Source: an uncultured delta proteobacterium
GTDB taxonomy: Bacteria; Desulfobacterota; Binatia; UBA9968
Assembly: GCA_963755715.1 (NCBI GenBank)
Contig: CAVWLW010000001.1
Span: 116,040-180,039, forward strand
Reading direction: 5' to 3'
DNA: 64,000 nt
Shown here one piece after another: positions 20,513 through 29,573 of the stretch. Numbering within the stretch: position 1 is the first letter of the stretch; the number at the start of each line of letters is the position of its first letter. The notes beneath the pieces are model-generated. The model ran no database searches. It was not told the origin of the DNA and was given only the letters and a program-made list of their open reading frames with translations. The position numbers were made by a program, and so were the translations under genes.

Positions 20513-21415
20513 ATGGCGAAAGAACCGATCATAGAATCCGAAGGCGCCGCCCTTGACGCGGTCTTGGGAGAACTGCAAAGCGAGCACGCGGTAAAGGAAA
20601 TCAGCGGCTGGGAAACTGGCTTTGTGAACTTGAGCCGCGCCTTGGACGGCATGCGGCCGGGGCTTTACCTATTCATCGGACCACCCGCAAGCGGCAAAAC
20701 CGCCTTCGCCAAACAGCTCCTCGATCAAACCGCCATGCACAGCCGGGTGACGGGAATGTATTTTAGCTTCGCGGAAACCAAGAAAGAATTGCGCATAAGA
20801 ACGCTCGCGCGCTTGAGCGGGCTGGATCAACGCGAGATCCGTCGCGGCAGCGCTTATCTGCTGCACTGGTACGGTGTGCCGCGATTAGCCGGCAGTGAAG
20901 CTAGCGACCTGCCGCCGAGTTGGGAAAAACTGAAACGCTCGGCCGAAGACGCCAAGAGCTGGCTCGACTTGAGCTACCTGATCGAGTGTCAACGCGGCAC
21001 GACCGTGCAGGCGATCGAAGCGCAAATTACCCACAATCGCGCGCGCAGCGGCTCAGAGCAAATGATGATTGTTATCGACGATTGCCAGCGGCTCGGTGGC
21101 GCCGATCAACCGTTGGACATGCGCTTGCCGCTTGTCGCCGAGCAGCTACAAGAAATCGCCGTGAGCCTCAACATGCCTGTGTGGGCCGTGTGGCCGAGTC
21201 TTGACGCCGGAGGCATGGCTGGGGAAGCGTGGCGCGAGAAAGTCGCGAGCCCGGACGTAATCTTGGTGCTGGAACAAGACCGTGAACGCACCAGGAAACT
21301 GACCGAACCCAATCAGGCGATCATTTTGCACGTCGTAAAAAACCGCGGCGGTGAAAAAGGTCGACTTGCTTTCGATTTTTTTCCGGCGTTTTCAAGATTC
21401 ACTGAAGCACCATAG
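20513..21415 (+). CDS. stand-alone DnaB-like C-terminal (RecA-fold) ATPase domain protein
   Basis: GWETGF..L, Walker A GPPASGKT, IVIDDCQ, VVKNRGG; no N-terminal DnaB domain. Confidence 0.8.
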   Translation: MAKEPIIESEGAALDAVLGELQSEHAVKEISGWETGFVNLSRALDGMRPGLYLFIGPPASGKTAFAKQLLDQTAMHSRVTGMYFSFAETKKELRIRTLARLSGLDQREIRRGSAYLLHWYGVPRLAGSEASDLPPSWEKLKRSAEDAKSWLDLSYLIECQRGTTVQAIEAQITHNRARSGSEQMMIVIDDCQRLGGADQPLDMRLPLVAEQLQEIAVSLNMPVWAVWPSLDAGGMAGEAWREKVASPDVILVLEQDRERTRKLTEPNQAIILHVVKNRGGEKGRLAFDFFPAFSRFTEAP

Positions 21416-21418
21416 CGG

Positions 21419-22164
21419 CTAAGATTCCCAGCGATAGAGTTGGATTGTAGCGGGCTCGACCCTCGTATACCAACGCTCCCTCATAATCGGCGACGACGTT
21501 CAATTCGATCAATGACCAGCCCGGTACGTTGGCGTCGATCCGCGCCTGTTCGCCGGCTTGCGGCGAGGCCTATGTTTACCTCATCCAAGTCGCCCGATAG
21601 GCCGGTGCCCTTCGCTTTAAGGAACGCTTCCTTGCTCGTCCAACATTTATAAAACGCTTGGCGGCGCAGGTGCGCCGGCAGGGCGCGCAGCGCGGCTACC
21701 TCGCCGGCGGTAAAAAATCGCTCGGCGACTTCATCGAAGGCAAAATCCGCGTTGACAAACTCGACGTCGATACCGACTTCACGAGAACGAGCTACGGCCA
21801 GTAAGGCCACGCCGTGAGAATGAGAAAGGTTGAAGGCAACTCGGCTTTCCGCCTGGGGTGCGCCTAGTTTTGGTTTGCCGTGGCCGCCGAGGTCGAACTG
21901 CAAGTTTCCGGGGAGAGTCTCTGTATATTGCGCCAAGATCGAGCGCAAAGCGGCGTGTGCGACCGTGAATAGCAAACGATCTTTGGCAAACTTGAACCTA
22001 TCGGCGCGAGCCTGTTCTGCAGCCGATAGCAGAGCGGCGTATGCGCCTAAGTTGTCGGCGGCGGTTTCCGCCGCCTCAATCAGCCAAACATGGATTTCGT
22101 TTGCATCCAAAAGGAGACCGGCAGGGGGCGAGCGCCAAACGGATTTGAAAGATTGGTTCGGCAC
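21419..22164 (-). CDS. Sfp-type 4'-phosphopantetheinyl transferase (C-terminal frameshifts)
   Basis: HGKP, FNLSHS, VGIDVE, WTSKEAFLKAKGTGL. Confidence 0.9.
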
Positions 22165-22449
22165 GGTTCTTCGCAGTACTTTGCTCCGAACGAGCTAAAG
22201 ATCAAGTTCCCGTCGCAGTCTCTGCCCGACCGCAAGCGACCCGAGATCATTGACTTCCATCAACGCACCCCCCGGCGGATATCGAAAACCAGCTATCCAT
22301 CGACAAGCTCTTCAATGACGACAGCGTCGAGCTCTTGGCCAAACTCCGCAGCGGCAGCGCGTGGCGGTTCAATCCTCACAGTTATGCTATCGGCAGCAGA
22401 GCGCCGAAGGTTTACCCGGAATTCAGGATTTGTGGAGCATTATGGGCAA

Positions 22450-22764
22450 TCAGGCGAAATCTTGGTGTGGCGCGATCCCTGTCACAATCACTTTATCGCC
22501 TTCCCGAATGATTTGAAGATCGCACGGGCCGTGGAACAAAATCATCGTGCGGGGATGTTCGTAAACGGTTGTTTTATGGGGAATCTCTTCGATGTAAACG
22601 TCGAACATGCGGCCTGCCGGCAAATTGACGGTCTGAGTGTGCATTAAATCGCCTTCGAAGAAAACTTCGATCCAGTTGCGATTCTCGGTAACCGCGAGAA
22701 TGAGACCGGCGGCGTTCTTAATCGTCGCGATCAACTCCTCGCCTTCGATCGTTTGCGCCGCCAC
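22450..22764 (-). CDS. hypothetical protein (104 aa)
   Basis: starts 12 nt after the CoA ligase stop; acidic, beta-rich. Confidence 0.7.
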   Translation of the reverse strand: MAAQTIEGEELIATIKNAAGLILAVTENRNWIEVFFEGDLMHTQTVNLPAGRMFDVYIEEIPHKTTVYEHPRTMILFHGPCDLQIIREGDKVIVTGIAPHQDFA

Positions 22765-22776
22765 GGCTAGAATCCG

Positions 22777-24306
22777 TTAATTCGCCAGCAAGGTTTGCGC
22801 GTCGCGAATCGATTTGCCGGACGAAGTGCGCGGCAGTGAATCGCGCACGACGATTTTATCCGGCACTTTGAAATTGGCCAAATTAGCGCGCAAAAACGCC
22901 AACAACTCTTTTTCACTGAGGTGCGCGCCGGGACGGGGCACGACGGCGGCACCGATCACCTGGCCGCGTTTGCCATCCGGTATTGCGAAGACGATATTTT
23001 CCTGCACGCCTGGATAAGTATAGATCAGGTTTTCCACTTCAGCGGGGTAAACGTTGAGCCCGCCGGTGATGATCATGTCGTCGCGCCTGCCGAGATGGTA
23101 ATAGTAGCCGTCCGTGCCGCGTTTGCCGACGTCGCCGGTATAAAGCCAGCCGTCGCGAACCCGCTCGGCGGTGGCGTCGGGCCGGCGAAAATAACCTTTC
23201 ATCACGTGAGGACCGCGGGTGATGATCTCGCCGGGCTCATCGACGCCCAGCTCATTGCCTGCCTGGTCGATGATCTTAACTTCGACACCCGGCACGGCCC
23301 GGCCGATGCTGCCCACTTTTGCTTCGGCCTGGTTCGGCTCTACCAAAGTGATTAGCGGAGAGGTCTCCGTCAAGCCGTAACCTTGAATGACTTTGATATG
23401 CGGCTGGGCAGATTGAAAGGCACGCAAGAGCGGCAGCGGAATGCTGGTGCCCATCATCGCGGCGATTTTCACGCTGCTGGTATCATAGCTCGCCAGATTT
23501 TTTACTCCCATCAAGAGCTGGAAGACGATCGGCACGCTTTCAAAAACACTGACCCGGTATTTTTGGATGCCCTCCAAAAGCGTGATCGGATTGATCTGAT
23601 CGAAGATCACCAGCGTGTAACCGCGCTCGGCTAGTTCGTTGCAGACGACTGGCCCGACGATATGCGACATCGGCAAGATACAGCCGCGGATCGTCGATGT
23701 GTCGGTGATGCCGAACTCGCCCATCACGCGCGGATACTGGTTGAGATTGCGATAACTCAACACCACGCCTTTGGGCTCGCCGGTGGTGCCCGATGTGTAG
23801 AGAATCAATGCGTCGTCGTCGGCTTGCAAGTTTGGCGCAGACACCGTCCCGGCCGATGTCGCGCGCCGGCTTTCAAAGCTGCGCGTGCCGGTGCCGTTGA
23901 CAATCCAGGTCGGGATCGACGTGAGTGTTTTAAAATTTTCTTCGACTTCCGAAAATAACTGGCTGTGCACGATCAGCAAACTCAGATCGGCATCGCTTAA
24001 AACCCCTTGCAGCTCTTTTCCCTTGAGCCGGGCGTCGAGGATGACCGTCACCGCGCCGATTTTCTGCGTCGCGTAATAACTGAGCGGTATCGCCGTGGAA
24101 TTGGGTAGCAAAAGGCCGACCCGGTCGCCCCGGCGGATGCCTTCCCTTTGCAGATGCGAGGCCAACGCCTGCGCCTGGTGATTCAACTCGCCAAACGTTA
24201 GTTGCTCCTCCTTCGCGATAATCGCGGTTTTTTGCGCTTGACGAGCGGCGGTTTTTTCCAGAACTTCAGCCGCAAAAAAACCTACTGAATCGGTATGGTT
24301 TGCCAT
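22777..24306 (-). CDS. AMP-dependent acyl-CoA ligase (long-chain fatty acid-CoA ligase-like)
   Basis: YTSGTTGEPKG, QGYGLTE, GWLYTGD, GGLNVYPAEVE, LPRTSSGK. Confidence 0.92.
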   Translation of the reverse strand: MANHTDSVGFFAAEVLEKTAARQAQKTAIIAKEEQLTFGELNHQAQALASHLQREGIRRGDRVGLLLPNSTAIPLSYYATQKIGAVTVILDARLKGKELQGVLSDADLSLLIVHSQLFSEVEENFKTLTSIPTWIVNGTGTRSFESRRATSAGTVSAPNLQADDDALILYTSGTTGEPKGVVLSYRNLNQYPRVMGEFGITDTSTIRGCILPMSHIVGPVVCNELAERGYTLVIFDQINPITLLEGIQKYRVSVFESVPIVFQLLMGVKNLASYDTSSVKIAAMMGTSIPLPLLRAFQSAQPHIKVIQGYGLTETSPLITLVEPNQAEAKVGSIGRAVPGVEVKIIDQAGNELGVDEPGEIITRGPHVMKGYFRRPDATAERVRDGWLYTGDVGKRGTDGYYYHLGRRDDMIITGGLNVYPAEVENLIYTYPGVQENIVFAIPDGKRGQVIGAAVVPRPGAHLSEKELLAFLRANLANFKVPDKIVVRDSLPRTSSGKSIRDAQTLLAN

Positions 24307-25281
24307 ATTGCAAATGCCCTCTGAAACGGTTTGTACCAGCGCGACAATTGCGCCAGCTCGCCTCGCTGTAATTTTAATTTTCCTTGCTGGGTCGCCATGA
24401 ACGCGTCGATGCGATTGTTAAACACCGCGCGCCACCACTCCGCTTGACCGCCGATCAAGAACTCACCGCCGTCACCGGGATTGAGTTCGGTAATCGTGCC
24501 ATCGCGAAATTGCACCGTCCAAGTCTTGCCGCCCTCTTCGAGTAAGAGCGTCAACGAGGTCGTCAAACTCGTGGCGGCGCCATCGGCACGAAATTGCGAA
24601 TCCTGATTGGCGCTATCGACCAATGCTTGCATGTGTTCTTGGGAGAATAGCGCATAGCCTTTTCCCGATTGCACCCCCACCCCAGTCGGCTTTTCTGTCG
24701 AATCAGCCGGCGGCGCCCCGCCTTTGCCTACCCGCTCTTTAAAAAATTGGCAATGCACCGCCTCTTCGAGCAAATCGGTGATCAGAAAGGCTTCCTGAAA
24801 ATCCTTGCCGATAGCGACGGTGCCGTGTCCTTTGATAATCACCACCGGATGGTATTTGAGCGCTTCGACGACCGCCTGCGGCCGAGTCACCGTCGGCGTG
24901 TCCTGGGGAATGATCGGCACCTCGCCGATCGTATATTTCTCTTCATAGCTAAGCGGCACGAAGCTTTCATGCGTCAGCGAAAAAGCGAGCACCATGGGCG
25001 GGTGGACGTGGACGATCGCCTGCGCGTCGGTGCCGGCGTACACGGCCAGATGCATCGGCGTTTCACTCGACGCCCGCTGCGCCGTGTTGATCGGTTTGCC
25101 GTTCTGATCGAGCGCCACCAAATCCTTGGGCGAAAGAAAACCGAGCGGCGCATGCTGTCCGGTAATCATGAAACATTTCTTGTCGAGCCGGCAGCTTAGA
25201 TTACCGCCCCAGCCGCTGACCAGCCGACGCTCAAAGAGCAGCTTGCCCCAGCCGAATCATTTCGCGTTCGAGGGTAGTCAT
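24282..25281 (-). CDS. class II aldolase/adducin domain fused to SCP2-like lipid-binding domain; frameshift in G-run near 25248
   Basis: GWGGNLSCR, ASSETPMH, HVHP, KGHG metal ligands; C-terminal WTVQFRDG...FMATQQGKLKLQRGEL resembles SCP2. Confidence 0.85.
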
Positions 25282-25284
25282 CGA

Positions 25285-26802
25285 TTAATTCTTGAACAGC
25301 GACCAGGGCACTACTTCCGATTCAAGCGGACGAACGGCAACACCCGCAGGGCAGATATCCTTGCCCAAGAAGGTCGAAACATCGTTGTCGGGAGTCGAAG
25401 CTTTGCATGCGTCGCCGTTGAAAAGCTCAATGGCAACGCCGTGCAGGCGCGCCAACTGAACGGCGAGCAACGACCCGCAAATCCCGCTTGGCCCCTCCGC
25501 CGCTAGGTTTTCGTAAAACAGACACAGCTTGCGAATCTCGCCTTGGGCGAAAAGCGTTCCCATGACATTGTCGGAGATCAGGGTCGTCGGCGCGCGACGC
25601 TTCAATAGCTCGCGCGCGACCACCTGCGCGCCCCAGAGCTGCGGCCGCATCTCGGGCACGAGAATGCTTGCGGCTTGCTCCGCCTTCAGGGCGCTCAGCA
25701 AAAAGGCATATTGATTCTTCGGCGGCACGCCGTAAATCAGAATATATTTTCCGTCTTCGCTTGCCTTTTCCGGATCGGGCGTTGCCGCGATCTGATACTT
25801 GCGGCGAAAAGTTTCCGGCGTGTAGAGATCATCGAAGCCGATCAGATGGGTAACCAGTCGTGCCGGCGTGACATCGAACGACGGATAACGCGCGTTGAGA
25901 ACGGGATCGTCAACGACGGTGATCGGCTGTCCCTGAAACTTCAGCAACTCTGCTACTGGGCGTTCCTCAATCGGCACATCGATGCCTCGTTCCAACGAGC
26001 GCGGATCCTGCACCAATGCATGAAACGGTACGCCGTACTCGCGCGCCATGAGCGCCAGCGGATAGGTGCCGACCTTATTGATGATATCGCCGTTTTGCGC
26101 CACGCGATCGGCGCCGACGATCACCGCGTTGACTTCACCCGCAGCCATTACCTGTGCCACCGCGGCATCGGGAATCAGCGACACCGCAACGCCCGCTTGA
26201 GCAAGCTCCCAAGCAGTCAAGCGCGCGCCCTGCAGGTAGGGCCGCGTTTCCGTGGCGACCACGGAAAACTCTTTGCTCAACTCGCGACAACACTGAGCGA
26301 CGGCAACCAGCTCACCGCTCACGTTGCAATGCGTCAGCACGCGCGCCGGATTCGGCAATATGGCTGCCGCCCGGCGCGCCCGGGCTTGCCGCGCGTGCAT
26401 GATCTGCTGGCCGAATTCGCGCGCCTGCCTGCCGATAGTCTCGCCGGCGGCGGCGCCGGCAGGCAATCGGACGAACCATTCGTCAAAGAAACACTCGAGG
26501 CCGCGAAAATCGAAGGTCGGCCGGGCGGCGCAAAATTGCTGCGTCATTTCTGCGATGCGCGCCCGCAGCGCGGCGGCATCGCTGTGCGTATCACGTTGCG
26601 CCAACAGCGCGCCGCTATAAAGAAAGGCCAGCACCTGCCCGAAGGCGCGGGTTTTCATTTCGCGCACGGCGTCGAGCGCTTGCTCGACTTCGCTGATTTG
26701 GATGTAGTGGATTTCCTCGGGCACGAGGGTCTCGTCGAGAATCTTAAACCCGTCGCCATCCCACAACACCGGTTCGAACAACGGACTCGGATTGACATTC
26801 AT
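25285..26802 (-). CDS. mtnA: MtnA-like ribose-1-phosphate isomerase (eIF2B family) with extra duplicated C-terminal domain
   Basis: ARPT, LTHCN, ETRPYLQGARLTAWEL, VGADR, NKVGTY, FDVTP; second copy EMRPQLWGAQVVAREL. Confidence 0.85.
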   Translation of the reverse strand: MNVNPSPLFEPVLWDGDGFKILDETLVPEEIHYIQISEVEQALDAVREMKTRAFGQVLAFLYSGALLAQRDTHSDAAALRARIAEMTQQFCAARPTFDFRGLECFFDEWFVRLPAGAAAGETIGRQAREFGQQIMHARQARARRAAAILPNPARVLTHCNVSGELVAVAQCCRELSKEFSVVATETRPYLQGARLTAWELAQAGVAVSLIPDAAVAQVMAAGEVNAVIVGADRVAQNGDIINKVGTYPLALMAREYGVPFHALVQDPRSLERGIDVPIEERPVAELLKFQGQPITVVDDPVLNARYPSFDVTPARLVTHLIGFDDLYTPETFRRKYQIAATPDPEKASEDGKYILIYGVPPKNQYAFLLSALKAEQAASILVPEMRPQLWGAQVVARELLKRRAPTTLISDNVMGTLFAQGEIRKLCLFYENLAAEGPSGICGSLLAVQLARLHGVAIELFNGDACKASTPDNDVSTFLGKDICPAGVAVRPLESEVVPWSLFKN

Positions 26803-26828
26803 AACTTTAACGGGACGCGCGTGGTGGT

Positions 26829-27563
26829 TTACAGATATTGCAACGCCTTGCGCGCCACATCGATGGTTTTTTTCTCCGCCTCGAAGAACTGCGGATCGCG
26901 AAAACCAAACTTGCCGTGGAGACATTCATCGGAGACCGCTAGCACGGCACCGGCCTTCTTGCCGCGCACCTGCGCGATCGTCAGAAAGGTCGACGTCACC
27001 ATGTCGATGCTCGAGAGGTTTTGCTCGCTCAATTGCTGAATCAGCTCCGGAGTTTCCTGAAACAGCGCGTCGGTGGTGAAGATCCAGCCGAGATGATAGC
27101 GCACGTTCAAACTGTCGGCGGCCTTCTTGAGAGCGTCGACAATCTCCGGGTGAGCAATAGTGGAAAAATTCTCCGCGACATAGTAGCGCGAGGTGCCTTC
27201 GCCGCGCAGCGCCCCAGTAACGATCACCAGATCGCCGATGCTTACGTTTTCCTGCAGCGAGCCGCAACTGCCGACGCGGATCAATGCCTCAGCGCCGGCG
27301 CCGCAGAGAATTTCAGTGGTGATCGCCGTATCCGGCGCGTAACGGCCGCCATTGCCGACCGTGACGCGCTTGCCGTCGAGCGCCCCCGTGTACATCTCGT
27401 AATCGAGAAAAGTGAAATTCTTTTGCGGATTTTCCAGCAATCGTAAAATCGCTTCGCTGCGTTCTTTAGGACCGGGGATCAGCGCGTAAGCGCCGAGGGA
27501 GTCCGGCTTGAGACCGAGCATCGACAGCATGCGTTGCGGCGTAAAGTGTGCTTCTTTAAGCAT
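26829..27563 (-). CDS. nucleoside phosphorylase (PNP/UDP family), divergent
   Basis: LIPG...R, IRVGSCGSL, GEGTSRYY, TTDALFQE; EME motif altered to DMV. Confidence 0.88.
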   Translation of the reverse strand: MLKEAHFTPQRMLSMLGLKPDSLGAYALIPGPKERSEAILRLLENPQKNFTFLDYEMYTGALDGKRVTVGNGGRYAPDTAITTEILCGAGAEALIRVGSCGSLQENVSIGDLVIVTGALRGEGTSRYYVAENFSTIAHPEIVDALKKAADSLNVRYHLGWIFTTDALFQETPELIQQLSEQNLSSIDMVTSTFLTIAQVRGKKAGAVLAVSDECLHGKFGFRDPQFFEAEKKTIDVARKALQYL

Positions 27564-27565
27564 GA

Positions 27566-28789
27566 TCAGAGCGCCTGATCGATAAATTCGAGCAAATCTT
27601 GCGTCGGCAACGCAGGTTCTTTGAGGTCAGCGAAAGACCGCCCGCAGAGCGCGCTCGAGGTGAGCACGACTTCGGCGCCGGTGGCCGCGGCCTCACGCAA
27701 GCGATCGGCGGCGTTCCACTGCGCCAGCTCGGGATCCGCTTCGGGCACTCCACCCCCGCCGCCGCAGCACCAGCTCCAGCGTCGATTACGTTCCATCTCG
27801 ACTAGCTCGAGGCCGGGAATCGCGCGAAGAATTCTTCGCGGCGGCTCATAAACGCCGCAGCCGCGGCCGAGATGGCAGGAGTCGTGGTAGGTGACTTTCT
27901 TCTTTATCGGCTTGGTAAATTTTAGAGAACCCGAATCGAGCAGCCGGGCGACATATTCAATGCCATGCAGCGCTTCAAATTGGCCAGCGCCGGTCTTGGC
28001 GTATTCGCGCCAGATTCGTTGACAACTGCCGCAGGCGACAACCACTTGGGTAATACCGCCGGCAGCGATTGTCGCCAGATTATTTTCTTTCAAGCGTTCG
28101 TACTCGCGACGGAAGCCGAGGTCGAAGGCATAAAGGCCGCAGCATTTTTCCTCGCTGCCGAGAAAGACAAAATCTTCGCCCGCCTTTTGCATGATCTTGG
28201 CGAGCGCGACCGCGCCGCTCCGGCCACTCGAACGATCCGCCGAACAGCCGGCGAAAAGCAAGGTGCGCGCGTTGGACTCGCCCAGTTTCTTGAGCCCAAG
28301 CCCCTCGGCCCAAGCGCCCCGGTCGACCTTTGGCTGCGCCCACGGGTTGTCATGTTGGCGCAAGCCTTCGTAAATCGGTCGATGCGGCTCGATCGGACCT
28401 TCCTTCTCGGTGATCTCCTCGCGCATGGCCACGGTGATATCCCAGGGTCCATAACCGTCGTCGCGCACGCCGCAAAGTTCCTGGCACATCAGGCAATTCG
28501 TGCAGGCGTAGATGACTTCTTTGAGCTCAGGCGTAATCGGATCCAGACCGTGAAAAACCCGCTGCGCCATCAGCCAGCGCGACTTCGGCGTGTGACGCTG
28601 GAAGCGATAAAACTCATAGGGTGGACACTTCTCTTTCGGTCCCACCACATCTTCCATTGGATTGGCCGGACCATGGCCGTAACAGGAGCCGCACAGAACG
28701 CAGCCGCTGCTGCGCTCGCTCAAATCTTTGGCGTAGAGCCATCTTTTGACCCGTTCGAGCCCGAGCAATTTTTTCTCTTCGTTTTTCAT
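27566..28789 (-). CDS. Fe-S oxidoreductase with 4Fe-4S dicluster and two CCG domains (HdrD/GlcF/GlpC-like)
   Basis: CVLCGSC..CP, CTNCLMCQELC, KCCG, ACGSC, YHDSCHLGR, WCCGGGGG. Confidence 0.9.
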   Translation of the reverse strand: MKNEEKKLLGLERVKRWLYAKDLSERSSGCVLCGSCYGHGPANPMEDVVGPKEKCPPYEFYRFQRHTPKSRWLMAQRVFHGLDPITPELKEVIYACTNCLMCQELCGVRDDGYGPWDITVAMREEITEKEGPIEPHRPIYEGLRQHDNPWAQPKVDRGAWAEGLGLKKLGESNARTLLFAGCSADRSSGRSGAVALAKIMQKAGEDFVFLGSEEKCCGLYAFDLGFRREYERLKENNLATIAAGGITQVVVACGSCQRIWREYAKTGAGQFEALHGIEYVARLLDSGSLKFTKPIKKKVTYHDSCHLGRGCGVYEPPRRILRAIPGLELVEMERNRRWSWCCGGGGGVPEADPELAQWNAADRLREAAATGAEVVLTSSALCGRSFADLKEPALPTQDLLEFIDQAL

Positions 28790-28812
28790 CGAACCGCGTT
28801 CAAGCAAAATTA

Positions 28813-28855
28813 GTTAAAGCCTTAACCTTTATAGCTCGCCATTTCGAACTGTCAA
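28813..28855 (-). promoter_or_regulatory. sigma-70 promoter plus palindromic operator for the Fe-S/phosphorylase operon
   Basis: TTGACA-N16-TATAAA (28855-28828) followed by GTTAA-N4-TTAAC (28813-28826). Confidence 0.65.
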
Positions 28856-28966
28856 TAATTGTCGTTCAAGCGCGCTGCCAGATTGCAAGTCGGCGAAGCG
28901 GCGCGAACGGGGTGGTTTAGGCTCGATCCGCTGGAAGTCAGTCGGAAAACGCCGTCGGCGCTTTAA

Positions 28967-29419
28967 TCAATTCGTCAACGATTCTTGATTGAGCTTGCGC
29001 AACAGCGCGGAGAGTTCTTTCTGTTCTGGACCAGCGAGTATTGTGAAGATTTTCGAGACGCTCGATTCAAAAAGGGGAATCGTACTCTTGTACACCTTGG
29101 CCCCTTTGTCGGTCAGCACCACATGCACGACGCGGCGGTCATTTTCGTCGCGCTTGCGCGTGACCAGCTTTTTCTCTTCGAGACGGTCGACAATGCCGGT
29201 GAGATTGCTGACGGTGACCATCATTTTTGCGCCGATCTCGCCGAAGGGCAGTCCACCGGCGTAGCCGATCGTCGCCAACACGTAAAACTGTGGCGACGTG
29301 AGGCCAACTTTGTCTAAATCAGCTTCCAGTTTTTTGTGCGATTGCAGGCTGAAGCGAAGAAAACGGATCCAAAGGCTAGTTGCATAAGATGTGAAGAACG
29401 GACGTTTGTAAACTCTCAC
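28967..29419 (-). CDS. MarR-family transcriptional regulator
   Basis: GLTSPQFYVL, NLTGIVDRLEEKKLV.R...DRR...V.LTDKG; GTG start inferred. Confidence 0.9.
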   Translation of the reverse strand: MRVYKRPFFTSYATSLWIRFLRFSLQSHKKLEADLDKVGLTSPQFYVLATIGYAGGLPFGEIGAKMMVTVSNLTGIVDRLEEKKLVTRKRDENDRRVVHVVLTDKGAKVYKSTIPLFESSVSKIFTILAGPEQKELSALLRKLNQESLTN

Positions 29420-29573
29420 GCTTTGCACTTTATTCGCACGGCCACTAAAAAGCAACTTCGTTGGCGCGAGCGCGCGTTCAATAATTATGGACCGGCCCAT
29501 TTCATTGCAAGCCGTGCGACCGAGTGTTAATGAGTGCAAAAAGAGATCGCTGGCGAGGAACTGATAAAGCGCG

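Noticed and set aside
22170-22445. Protein-like plus-strand stretch between the PPTase and the 104-aa gene
   Set aside because: No start codon or RBS and no recognisable family; may be a gene fragment but cannot be supported.
25675-27039. Long plus-strand ORF of 454 aa (similarly 61478..62671, 27965..28813, 38128..38964, 1428..2240)
   Set aside because: Antisense shadows of well-supported genes in GC-rich DNA, with no motifs.
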